A model generated the notes under the pieces. It was given only the letters and a program-made list of their open reading frames with translations, searched no databases and was not told where the DNA came from. The translations under genes were made by a program, and so were the position numbers. From Catajapyx aquilonaris (taxonomy: Eukaryota), in NCBI GenBank assembly GCA_000934665.2, contig JYFJ02002240.1:1-60278 (forward strand): a stretch of DNA of 60,278 nucleotides, read 5' to 3'. Positions within the stretch are counted from its first letter, which is position 1; every line of letters begins with the position of its first letter. Of the stretch, positions 9,860-22,200 are shown piece by piece.

Positions 9860-12800
9860 GTCAGTCAGTCTTCCTGACTCATATGCAACACACATTGCTG
9901 ATGCCTTCACATACACAGTTAGTAGTACTTGGCCGATCAAATATGAATAAAGCGCGTGCTTTACCCGTCCAATTCCGCGGCTACAAATCCATTTGACAAC
10001 CCCGTTTTGCACGTACTGCTGTGATTAACACTTGTTTTTTGTTCGTGCTATTCGGGCGCTATTACTAAAATAGTATCTGCATGATTACACTATTCGGCAT
10101 TGCAGGCCTGGGTTTTACGTGCTGCGGGATCAGTTTGCCACATTTTGTGTGTGGGTAAAATGGGACTGCGACCGGATTGTGTCCGTCGATTCAATCGAGG
10201 TTTTACGACCCTCCATGTGTCCTTCTCGATGGTCTTTGGGGCCAAGATCCCTTCGAAAAAAATAGGGCTTGAGTCACCCCCAGAATTTATGCACAGTCGT
10301 TTGAAACGGCGCGAAACTTTGCAACCAAAGTCGACTTAGCCGAATTATTTTTACTGCCTCTTCGATTCAGGCACCAAATGGATTGCTCACTCTAGCAATA
10401 CGTTTTAAAATAAGCTGGAATGTACGATCATTGTCTTACCCACTTTCACACTGCGCACTGCACTTGAAAAGTGAAAATATGACTGCATCCGAAATAGTTT
10501 TCTTTAATGCGCAAGAAATGGGATGCAGAAATGGGAAATATTATTTCCTCTCGGGATAGTACTGTATGCAAATATAAAAGGAGAAAATGCGACTTACAAG
10601 GCATTTCTTTTGGGGATTCCCACGTCTTCATCCATCATAAGCCAGGGTAATGGGGTACAGTATTTTTATCAACAGTGTGAAACAACAGGCTGTTATAGAT
10701 CAGGTCCATTTCATTTCTGCATATATTCTTCCCATTTAATGTATAATCTTCAGCAACATAATAAATTGATGTTCCGACTTCCTGTGACACCTTACATGCA
10801 TATATCATTGCAATTTTAAATCCATTTTTGCCCGTGTAAAAAGTGACATTACCTGTGCTCAAAAGTGCAAATTTTTTCTTGTTTTGCAACCTACAATGCC
10901 ACCTCCGTCCCTCCCACCTTGTTTGGCAGAAAATAGTGCGATTTTACTTCCGAGTCCGCGATTTTTAATCAACCTGCTGGATGGCTCTATTGTTACAGGA
11001 ACTGGACCATATCAAATTGTTTTTTTTCTCTTCTTTCTCGTCTTCTTCCGAGTTCCACTTGTTCAGGGTGGATTCGCCTGAAAAACACTCCGCCAAACGT
11101 ACAAGTACAATCGATACTGCAATTTTTCCATCTTACTTCGCCAAGTATTGCACATCGCTGTGTGAAAGTGTCCACTTCAGCCCGGCCTTATCCTTTCCGA
11201 AGCCATTAAAATTATTTGCTGCACAGTGTGTCGCAGTTATGCAATTTTTCATTAGTCGCTTAAAAACTAGTTTTATGCAAAAAGAATTTGTTGACTGAAG
11301 CATATGTAACCGTGTAGCAAATAATTTCATGTCTCCTTGGCCCGTGTATATTTTTCCTAATATTAGGATTAGGTCCAAATGGTGGTGACCTCCTTTGGCG
11401 GCGTGCTTAAGGAGGGTTGATTGGCACTGCAAACGCCAAAGTCAACACCGACTTTCGCAGCAATCCGCACCTGATCACACATATGGAAATAGCAGCAAGG
11501 GAGAAACATCCAGATATGCATGACTCTTGTTATTTCGAGCCCTTTTGGCTTAGCTTTTCTACACGATGAAAAGGAAGTGGAGAACTGGTGAAGCACATCC
11601 ATCACACCCTCCCCCTCCCAAAAACACACTCGAGCTAATTCACCCCCGGTTTGTAATTAGCTCCGGGGATTGCAATCGAATAAATTAGCGGAACTAAGCG
11701 TAGATTGGCATCCACGATGACATGAATCAAGTGTAGTTCGGACCCTTTTTCTTTTGCAGACAAACCCACTTAAGCTGCCTCCTATATTAAAACGGTATAC
11801 TATATCTACTGCACAATCAGTTCAAACGGAACTTAATTTTGCCAATTTTGTAACCCATTTTTTTGCCGTGTTGTGCACTGCCCTTGAAGTACTCCATCAG
11901 GAAAATTATGGCTGATAAAACTGCTAATTTGTTTCAGCAGCTACAAACTGCTGCAAATTATTCGCAACAAGGTTAAATTTAGCCACAATTCATTCTCATA
12001 TAAATAAGACTTTTTTAAAAAATGAGAATGTTATAAAATGCTGAACTGGGGCAGTGCACCCCACCCCTATAATATTACAAGCAATTTAATGCCGCGTAAA
12101 TTCACTTTGAAAAGACGTTGGTGCACACGCATTGTCGTGACGTCCTCACCGACTTATTATCCATGACTCATATTGTAGGAATCCATCCAGCTACTGAGGG
12201 TTTTATCATCCAAATAAATCGCATCGTGCGAGCTCACCCCAGGTCCAGATTTTTCTGCGATTCGTATCGTAAGAGCCTCATAAAAGCCTCATTTGCAACG
12301 TGGTGAAAATGGAGCTCAAGGCAACTTAGCGGAAACTTGAAGTCTCGCGACCTACACGTGTGTCCAGTCAGGAACTATTTCCATAGCTCGTAATTAAACT
12401 TTCTTAAAGCTCTTTTGTTTACTACTTCAGAGTCACATGTCAGCTTGAAGTCGTCTCCAGCACCAAGCAAAGCGGATAAAGGCAAAGGGAAAGCAGTTTT
12501 TCGTCGCGTCTTGAGACGATTCTCCAAAAGGACATTGCTGGAGTGGCTGGAAGGACATTTGGTGTGTGGATACTAGAGAGGCGCAGTAATTCAGAGCCCT
12601 ACACGAAACTTCGCTACGAAAAAGGGTTTTCTTCTACAGAAGGATTGCAACTTGCCTTACGGAGTAAATAGGGGAGTGCCTTTAAGTTTGAACACAGACC
12701 CTCGGTGAATGATATGAAATGATGGCCACTCAGCACGCCTGCAATGTAAACCACCTGAATAATTGATGGTTGTGCGCAGAAGGGTGTTTTCTTCAGGCAT

Positions 12801-15800
12801 TGTTACTAGAGTGCCGATACATTATTAATGCCAAATTCGCAGTAGTACGAAATGAGCGTCTTCATGCAATGCGCACTTTTGAAAAAAAATGAACTGCGTT
12901 TGCTCATCAATTAGCCCTGTGAACTGTGCCATATGACGCTAATTGCGGATGACTCGAATTACCCGCTGAGTCAATCAACAAAGACCTTTTGTGAGCATTA
13001 TTACACTGTTACAGAACCCGCATTCCTCCATTTTTTTTGTTCCTTTAAGTAATTTGCATACCTTGCTAAATCTGGAACCTTGCCACGTGCCTTGTTCAAA
13101 AAATATATATATTTTTTACATAGGTTGTGGATTATTTTCGAGGCGTCGTTAGCGGAATGTCAAAGTGGGGTTTATTTTAATAGGTCTTGTCAAGTTTTAA
13201 GGAACAAATTGGCTGGTTGGGTTCTCCTCCTCGGGGAACAACTTAACCCACTTTATATAATAGCCCTTTTCCATCCCGATAGAAAACTGGTAAGGGGGAT
13301 TGAGATCATATTTTCTGGACACGACTGAATATAATGTATGGCTCCCTAGTGAATTACATGGGAAACGCCTTCGAGAATATTCCTTTTTTTTAAAGAGCAT
13401 TCTATTCATAAGAGGGGACGGACGGGCAATCAGTTTTGCATTCAATTTTTTAAATAGGGCGAACCAGATTAATAAAGAGTAGTTAGGCTGGTAAATGGAT
13501 GGAAATTGAAGCAATCAATCTGAGCGACGTCTGATTAGAAAGTCAATAGCGGGTTTTGAGGTGGCCGTATTACAATTTTAGGCCAGTTTATATATAAAAA
13601 AATTGAATATTCGAGAGGTTCCTGCTGTTTTTGGGGGGTAATAAAAAGGGTCGTTGTTGTCGCTATACAGGCCATTAACAGGATCCAGCATCAAATTAAG
13701 ACAAACAATTAGGGGTTTATTCCTGTAGTCAACATTGGTGTGTTCCCTTAATGAATGGCGACTGTTTTCTCAGGCGGAATGATGCTGGAGCTCCCAAATA
13801 TTTCCCAGCGACTCATGCAATAAAGAGCCGCCTGGAAAGTGTTGCAGATTGAGAGTGATTATTATATGGAGGCGGCTCGTTAGTGAAAATCGCGACAAAA
13901 CTAGAGCCCATTCGGAGAGTTGCAAATGTTGGGGAATTCCGTGTGGTTCAATATTCAAGACCGTACTTTTACTCGTTATTAAAGGCTGTTCCTGCCGTTT
14001 CGTTCTTGAAATATTTGCAAGGGTGAATTTTAATATGCGACTGATGGTTCACCCTTTTTTTGGGGAGGGTTAGGTGCCCGCAGCTAATTTAAAAAGTTGG
14101 CCTCTGCATATAATTTTATAACTCAAACAATGTTTTGTAGGTTGTGACATGCTGTAATTTTAAAGGGAGGCTCTCATTTGAATGTCATTTGAGCTACATT
14201 ATACTGGTAAATGACGCTATAATTTTGCAAACTGCCAAAAATGACATAAATGCATGACTTACAAGTGAGGCGTTTTTTGCATTTTTGCCAAATTATAGTC
14301 CTCGTTTTCCTGAATATTCAAGTGACAATTTTGGCGAATGGCTGAACATAAAGTTAATTATGGGTTTATTACTAAGACTGAAAAGCATAATATGGCAACA
14401 GAAGGTTTTCATTGCCATATTCGCTCAGCTCAGTTTTGCTAGAAAAATTCATACATTTTATACAAATATGTTACAGAGGAACCTTGACCTAAGCCAAACC
14501 GTGCTGGTGATTTATCTATAGTAAGAAATAGACCCTGTAGGCGTTACACTGTGCAGTCTTTAGATATTTATAGCGCACTTTCTGCATCTTCGGCTTTTCT
14601 GAAGAATCCCAAGTGAATGGTTCGCTTTTGTCCAAACCGCAATTTAAGCCCACCCAAACTAACGGCGGCGAAGCTCCAAAAGTATACGGATCCTATCCTG
14701 TAACTAGGACAAAGTTGTGCTTCTTCAACTCCCCTGGCTCCATTTTTTATTGCAAATCCTCAAGAGGATCGGGCATGTCCTTCTGGCCCAAAACAAGTAA
14801 TGAATTAGGACAACTTGTTTACTAAAAGTTATTCCCTTTACGAGGGCACTTTGGGTGTGCCCTATCAGTAAATTTATTTTTTCGCAACCATTTTTTTTGC
14901 AACGTCGACTCTGTATGATAACTGCATAATTCATATCGATTACATAGTTTTGAGATCCCTGTAAACATGGGGCTCATTAGGGATTCGATCCGGTGTGTCT
15001 GTGATTAATAGCGGATTATGAGATTTAAACTTTACTCGGGCAGAGTTTGGACTCATCACTCCCGAAAAAATGCATCGCATTTCTCCAAAAGTCGAAAGAT
15101 ATGTGCACGCCAAGGCGTAATTAAGATGACGGATGGCCAAAGGGCGGCAAAACAGGCGTCGAAATTGACCCCCTTCAAACCATCGGTTGTGTGAATGTGG
15201 GTCACATGAACAGTGTTTCGCGGAAATAATTTTTCTTTTTAAAAAAAAACAGTTGTCTTTTTTTGAAGGTTTTCCAGGAATTGGAGCAAGCGGATGAGAT
15301 TGAGAGAAGCGGCAGACTGGACCGAAGTGTCAGCGAGCAGAGGAAACTCTTCATCGAGAGTGTGGTCAACGGTTCGGACGCCAGGAATTTCGGAGATTTG
15401 GTGGTCCTGAGGCTGACCCTCTACGAGACGACGTTGGAAGATGCCATCAAGAAAGGGTTCTCACCAAAGACCAACACCAGCGATAGTTATTGGACCTACA
15501 GGAAGTCTGTCTTCTTCTCTTCGACTGTTCTGACTACCATCGGTATGTCCACACTAAACTGCTCGGAATGCGAATCACAAAGCTACTTGCTATTCTTATC
15601 CGGGAGTTTCGCCTCCCCCCAGGAGCTTTTGAGTGGAATGCAATATTTGAATGTTGAAACAGAACAAAAGGGGAACAAAAATCCGGAGTTGACTTGTCGT
15701 GCATTTTAAGCAGGGTTAGGATTTTTGGCAGCCGGATGTTTAATCCACAGGTTTTAACCTGCAGTCGAAAATCAGCCGGGAGTAAATCACACTTTTAAAA

Positions 15801-18800
15801 TAAAGCAGGTTTTTTTTCCCCGGAGAAACCTTACCCGGTTGACAATTCGACTGGCTAAAAGTATTTTGGATAAGCTGTTTTACTGGTGTTCAGACAAGCT
15901 AAACGGAATAATGGTTAGCCAGGCAAGGCTGAGGCGTGAAATTGAGCAGATTCGCTTCCTTTTTGTGTGCAGCCTTGTCTGGTTTAAATTTAGAGCCGGT
16001 GTTGGAACAAAAGAGGGGCCTGCCAGAAAACCAGTTCTTTTTTTTCCATATATTCCAGATCGGTTGCCATTTCGTGGCAAATGCACACAAATGAAACCGG
16101 GCGACTAATTTTTTTTCTTCTTCTTACTCCTTGCCATCATATCTCATGTCCAGTTTGTTTTAAACCGTCGCGTGTTCCTGTACTTACTCGACAAGGTTAA
16201 CAACGGCTTCGAAACTGGGCTGTAAATTAAAGTCAGCTTCCGTTTCAGAAAGGTTGAAAAAAAATGTACGCGGAATACTAGATTTGACGACCAGTTTTTT
16301 TGTAGAAATAATATGTGCGGGTATTTTTTTGGGAGACAACAAAATAGCGTGTGCAGTGGGGGTACGCACTTGGATTGCACCATTTTTTGAAGGCACTGAA
16401 TCGAGTCAGGAATAGATTTACGAGGAATAAAAAACCGTGGGGAGGCGTTTTTAAGGCAGCTTTTACAGTCCATTCTATGTGCAAACCCTGCAATCCTTGT
16501 ATGAGAGAGCCATCTATCATGCATGCAGAGTGGGTTTGTTTCGCAAACGCTAATGTCCTTATTGTGTTCTAAGGTTAATCAGAAAGGTGAGACGGAAAGG
16601 TGACAGAAAATTCCTGTTGTTTGAACCCCAATTTGCGCCCAAGGTTAATGATTACTAATGGACATGTGCACTCTACCGCCTGCTATCAGCTGATGTATAG
16701 CCGCGAAGGATAGTCTTTTGTTGCATGGGGTGTTGTGAAATATGGCAGGACACACTGTGCCAAGGTACGACAAAATGACAAAAGGTCTGCCCTCATAATA
16801 GATTTAAAGTAAATATACCACACATAATTTGTACTTGTAATGCAACGGAGCCCTCAAATTAGGCAGTTCCTCTTTCAAGTATTTTTCCTCTTTAAGAACT
16901 GGATCGCCTCAGCTGCTATCTTTGTTCGCAGTTTGTTTAAGGGAAGGAGCTTTTTCCCCAGCTCTTGTTGCCTCGGGATTGTGTATAAAACGTCAGCGGC
17001 TCTTGAGAATCTCTCTGAAAATTACAAGCAAGCGCCGTATGGACGCTGTTTAGCGAGCGATTAGTCTACTTTATCCTCAAAGTATCCTTCACTACTTGTA
17101 ACACCCTCCGTTTTTATCAACGCTTTTGCTAAATATACTCGCATTTTCAGAGGTTCTCAACCTGTTCGTGTTGAATCCTTACAGGATGTCGCACAAACTC
17201 CTGGTGATCTCGGAAAACTTTAGATTGCGAAGAGTCGAAAGATTTGTGGTCAGCTTTAAAGTTAGCTGTGGAGTAATTAATGTGACACCAATCTTGATGA
17301 CCTCTCCTGCTCGGCTGAGCGGATTATTATCTGCAAGCCCACCATTTGGCTCTCTCTTAGTGCTTGAGACCCGAGTCTGTCGTCGACTCTAAAGAGAAAT
17401 TAATCGAACACTTCCTCGACTCTTCGCAGCGGGGAGAACACGAGGAAAAAAAGTGATGGTCCTGTCCTGGTTTCGGGTTCTCCAGGGATGAATTTTGGGG
17501 ATGACAAATGGAGATCACTTGTCGACAGGGTACAAAAGGAAGGACAAAAGTGTGTCCTTATCTGGCAGGTTCTCTCATTGAAAAGTCTTTGTGTCCGCGG
17601 TGCGACCACACGACCTGGAAAATCGATTTGCGGCTTCTGCGATACCCGGCTAACACAATATTGCTCCATGACTACGTAGATCTAATTTGAATTACGAGGC
17701 TATAACCTATTGAGTACAACTCAATTTTGGTGGGGTAATCGAATCTTGTGATGGATTGGGGAAATGAGACGGGATCTCCCGGAGGAAGCCCCACCCTCGG
17801 CACTCCTCATTTTTGCATATCATTAGTCAAACTACTGTTTCCATGCGAATAATGAAGATTGATTAACTTTTTTTTTTTTGAAATGTGGATGGTGTGGGTG
17901 AGGCAACAGATGGGCGATTTCTTCATCTCGTTTTTTTTTGTTTTTTGTTTTTTGTTTTTTTTTTTGCAGGGTTAAAAGTCGGTTTCCTGATCCAATCACT
18001 TTTTCCCCTTTTGCTCACTTCCGACTGGAAATCTAATAGTAGTCGCACTGCGGACCTTATTCATTCAACGGGATATAAACCGGAGGTCAGGAGTCACGCA
18101 CTGGCGATTTTTCATATTTGACGACTTGGCAGCGTGGCATGGAATGCTCTTAACGAATGTCTGCCGTTGCTGATACGGAAGGATCGCGCTCCTATTGGCC
18201 GAGAAGCTGAATCACGTGTCGCAGCGTTGTCATTTTGCTCCACTTTGCGCTTGCTCGCATGATTATACTTTATTTAGCTCGAATATAATATCAGGTATAA
18301 TGTAAACTGTTTTTTTGGGGAAATAAACAATCTGGAAAACTTGTTTGCAAAACATTTAGGAAAGGAATTGCCTGCATATATGTGAACACTTTTGAAATGC
18401 AACAGCAGGGTGCATATTGGCTTAATTAAACACCTGACTTGGTTTTCACATTTATTTTTCACGCGGGTGCCATAAAAGAACTGGGAATCGACTTTACGAT
18501 TTCTGGCACGGAAAGCCTCCCCCCGTCAGAAATGTTACCGTTTTCTTCTCTATTCTGGCAGGTTATGGCAACATCGCCCCGAGGACCACTGGTGGCCGGA
18601 TATTCTGCATTATATTCGCCTTGGTGGGCATCCCTTTCACCTTGACCGTCATCTCCGATCTTGGGAAGCTTCTGGCCACCGTCGTGTCCACAGTATGGCA
18701 ACGGATCAAACACCGGTTGCCCATCAGACTAAGTAAGAATTTACGGGGTATTCGTCCAAACCACTTGAAGGAGTTATCTTTGGTCTGGCTCATAAACCTT

Positions 18801-21800
18801 CCAAGTGCGTAACGAGGTCTGGTGTTGATCGACGACGTGTCAGACGTGTATGCGTCACCGACGAGAAACTCAGGTCGTAACGAGGAAGGATGGTTGGTTT
18901 GAGGAGACGTGAGTTGGTTCTCAGGGAAGAATTTGACGCCCTGAACTCTGCAGGTGAAATCACATTACTTGAAGCTTCTGAGGTCAATCGAAATGTTTCT
19001 GGAGGATAAATGTGATTCGATTGCAACCTGGCACTCTCTCAATCACAATTGCGTGGAACTCAATTACCTGCACTTGCACTTGTTTCTTTCGATGCCTCGT
19101 AAGTGGAACTGTAGAAACACTTTAGCGGGTCCTTTTGTAGAATTCTATACAGTTCCTATCAGCAACTATAGTAAGAAAACATTTGGGGAAGAACCAACAT
19201 GTACCGACCCGCCATCACGTCATGAAAACTGTACTGCATGACACATGAAACTCAGTAAATCGTTAGCCTTCGTTCTGCACCGTAGAGTGACAAACTGATG
19301 GATTTGTCGGTAAGCAAAACGCCCATACACTATTCAGGGTAGACACTTTTTGGAGAGTTAACAACGAGGTAAAAAGCGGCCTAATTATTGTTTCATGGTG
19401 CTATATACAGTGCTGTGCCGCAAATTGTCTCATTACACTGCCCATGCCTGGATTCATTACAGTTTGTCCCTGCAGTGACTGTATATAGTCATTTGATATT
19501 CCGGTGTCGACTCTCACAATTTTTCTGTCCTATGTGTACAGGCCCAGAACAAAGGAAGAAAGTCGGGAGGCCTCTGATTGCGGTTCTGGCTGTGATATTT
19601 CTTCTGCTCTACATAGCAGCTGGAGGCGCCCTCTTCACCCTTTGGGAGGAATGGGACTTTTTCGAGGGATTCTACTTCTGCTTCATCACTATGACCACCA
19701 TCGGCTTCGGAGACATCGTCCCTGGTGAAGCCTCTTTTTTATTTAAAAAAAAAAAAAAACACCCCTCTCCTTTTCATTCCACTCCGTTCCTGGTTATTCA
19801 CAAGCTCTTCAGTCAGGTAATGGCGGGTTAGCACGCGGTTCTGGAGATATTCCTAGACTGGAAAAAAAATAGATGGGTAGGAAGCTGGCCATCAATCACC
19901 CCGAGAAAAAAAATGGACACATGGCATGAAAAGTGTGTAATCAGTATTTTGAAAAATAATATTAATTCTGGTATCGAACTCAGGTATGTCTTACTGTTAG
20001 AACCAACTGAACCACGTTTAATATCAACGTCTAGGAAACAACTTGATCAAGGGAGCAGTGACTGTAAATGTTTTTCTGGGATCCATTTCATGCCGCCCAA
20101 ATGCTATTATTTTTTTTTGTGGTGAAGGACACGCGAAGTCTAATTGACTTATTGCACGCCAGAAAACGGGAACCATATAGAAATCTTGCCTCCGGTTTTA
20201 ACACAACAGTACGTTTCTTGGTCGGCTGGGTTTTTGTGTTTTTTGGCCGCCAATTTTTCCTCAGCCCCCGGAAGAGATCGATAGAAGTTCCGCCCTTTTT
20301 CTTCCGCGTCCAAAAACACCCCGATTCACAAACATGAGCTTCAATTTTTTTCCTCCGGGTTTGAAAGAATTCATCTTTTTTTTTTGTTCTTATCCAGTGA
20401 TTAATGACAACTCTTGTGGACATATGGCTTTTTAAAATATATGGGGTCTAAGAACGTGAGGCGTCGCCATTCCCACTTGTTACTTACCCACGGATTTGCA
20501 CGGCACGCTGATTAGTACAGGACGGAAGCAAATAACTAATCACCGCGGAAATTGCGCGACACTTTTGACTTTTGGAACCTCGCAAAAACCTATTCATCAT
20601 CTTAAAAAAGCCTCGTGTTTTGTCCCCCGCGACCAGTTCAACTGCTCGTTTCCGCAGAAAAAAAACAAGTTTTGACCTCTTGATTTCTTTGCCAGTCCAT
20701 TGTTGCGACAGCCGCATTTTCCAATCATTTTGTATATGTGCAAAAATTGACGCGCGTCTTTGTTTACAGTCCAACCTGCTGATATGAAAGGGTTAATGTG
20801 CACTAATGCATCGATTGTGCAAAATCCTGATTGTTGCAAAAATATTGTCGACACGCCCTGCTGGATGTGCACTTGTTTTTGTTGTCTTTATCAAACACAC
20901 ACACACAAAAATCCGTTTATTCCCATTCACAACGCCCCGTTATAAAGCCGCTGGGTGAATCGGGCAGCCCCAATTAAATTAAGAACAATAAAACTAGGGT
21001 GGCCCGAAGCATTGTTGAGATGAAACACAATGCATTTTTGTTGTACCGCCCTGCTTGGGGGGCACCCCCTCTTTTTCTTCTCCGGAAGTTCATTCAAGTA
21101 TCCGATGGGGGGTTTCCATAGCACTTGAAAAGGGATGCAATTTCGACCACTCCCCAGAACATCTTAGCCGGAAAGCGCCATAAAGTCAGCTAAAGACTGG
21201 TAATGGCCTCTGAGTGTTTTTGCAAGGGTCGATTTTTCGTGCCAGTCGAATCCTAACCCAACATTTGCATCGGATTCGCTTGATTGGTAGGGGATGAAAA
21301 ATTAGCAAAGTTTTTTTTCCAGCTCCCTATGATCGGATTCCTCGCAGATCCTAAATTCCGTGATGAAAATTGGCCCCCGGGGGCTTCACTCGTATACCCA
21401 AAAGACAGTGATTAATCGGGCACTAATTCTCTCCATCCGAATGTAGGTCAAGCTTCAATATCGAGCATCATTGATTCAACCTGCATTGTTTTGATAAGGT
21501 GCGTGAACGATCCGATAAGAAGAACCCAAGATGCGAATTTCACGCCACACTGCGCATGTGCTGTAAGATCCGCGAATTTAATATTGCACTTTATTGCGAG
21601 GGACCTGCTGAGGTTATCTTTATGGGTAATCAGCTGGTTTTACGACAGAAATTATCGCACAAACGCCAGTAGATGTGGAATCGCCACAGTCCACCTTTAA
21701 CTAGGAGGCGCCAATTTTCATACCTGGTTTTTTTTGGCGAATTTTCTTATTTCCGGATTATTTCAGAGAAGGACGATTTCATGCTGAACTGCATGGTGTA

Positions 21801-22200
21801 CATCCTGATCGGCCTGGCTTTGACCTCTACCATAATTGAGCTTCTTCGACGGCAGTACGCCAGGTCATGGGCTCAGATGAAGGAGCTGAGCAACCGCCTC
21901 CAGGGACTCTCTGGTCCGTTGGCCGACACCCTGAAGAAGCTGGGGGAACAGGCAGGACGGTATGGGGACATAACCATAGACGTGAACCTTCTGAAGGACC
22001 TGAAGGACATCAGGAGGACCCTTGCACTCACCAGCATGGAAGCCAGGAAAAAGTGGGGCAATTCGAACATGCCCAACGGAAAGGACATGGACGACAGTCT
22101 TTGGGACGACGACGATCCCGACGCCGACGCTCTTCTCGACGCAGAGCCAGAGAAGCACATGCCTATCGTGCAGATCATTATTTACGAGTCGTCTGTCTAA
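9698..22200 (+). CDS. Two-pore-domain (K2P/TWiK family) potassium channel, join(9698..9859,15269..15542,18562..18732,19542..19724,21767..22200), 407 aa
   Basis: GT-AG introns with matching phases (0,1,1,1). M1 (GHVVLYVMLVIYTAAGAK|VFQELE), pore 1 (WTYRKSVFFSSTVLTTIG|YGNIAP), M2 (GRIFCIIFALVGIPFTL), M3 (VIFLLLYIAAGGALF), pore 2 (WDFFEGFYFCFITMTTIGFGDIVP), M4 (MVYILIGLALTSTIIEL), C-terminus IIIYESSV. Confidence 0.93.
15269..15542 (+). CDS. K2P channel coding exon 2 (cap and pore helix 1)
   Basis: ttttgaag acceptor and gtatgt donor; ends VFFSSTVLTTIG. Confidence 0.92.
18562..18732 (+). CDS. K2P channel coding exon 3 (GYG filter, M2)
   Basis: ctggcag acceptor and gtaaga donor; GYGNIAPRTTGGRIFCIIFALVGIPFTL. 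Confidence 0.93.
19542..19724 (+). CDS. K2P channel coding exon 4 (M3, pore 2)
   Basis: gtacag acceptor and gtgaag donor; FYFCFITMTTIGFGDIVP. Confidence 0.93.
21767..22200 (+). CDS. K2P channel coding exon 5 (M4, cytoplasmic tail)
   Basis: tttcag acceptor; YILIGLALTSTIIELLRRQYARSW...YESSV then TAA; AATAAA at 22712. Confidence 0.92.

Noticed and set aside
12431..12576. Exon-like segment in K2P intron 1 (SHVSLKSSPAPSKADKGKGKAVFRRVLRRFSKRTLLEWLEGHLV) as an alternative N-terminus
   Set aside because: Runs into a stop before any transmembrane helix, and its entry phase (1) does not match exon 1 (phase 0)
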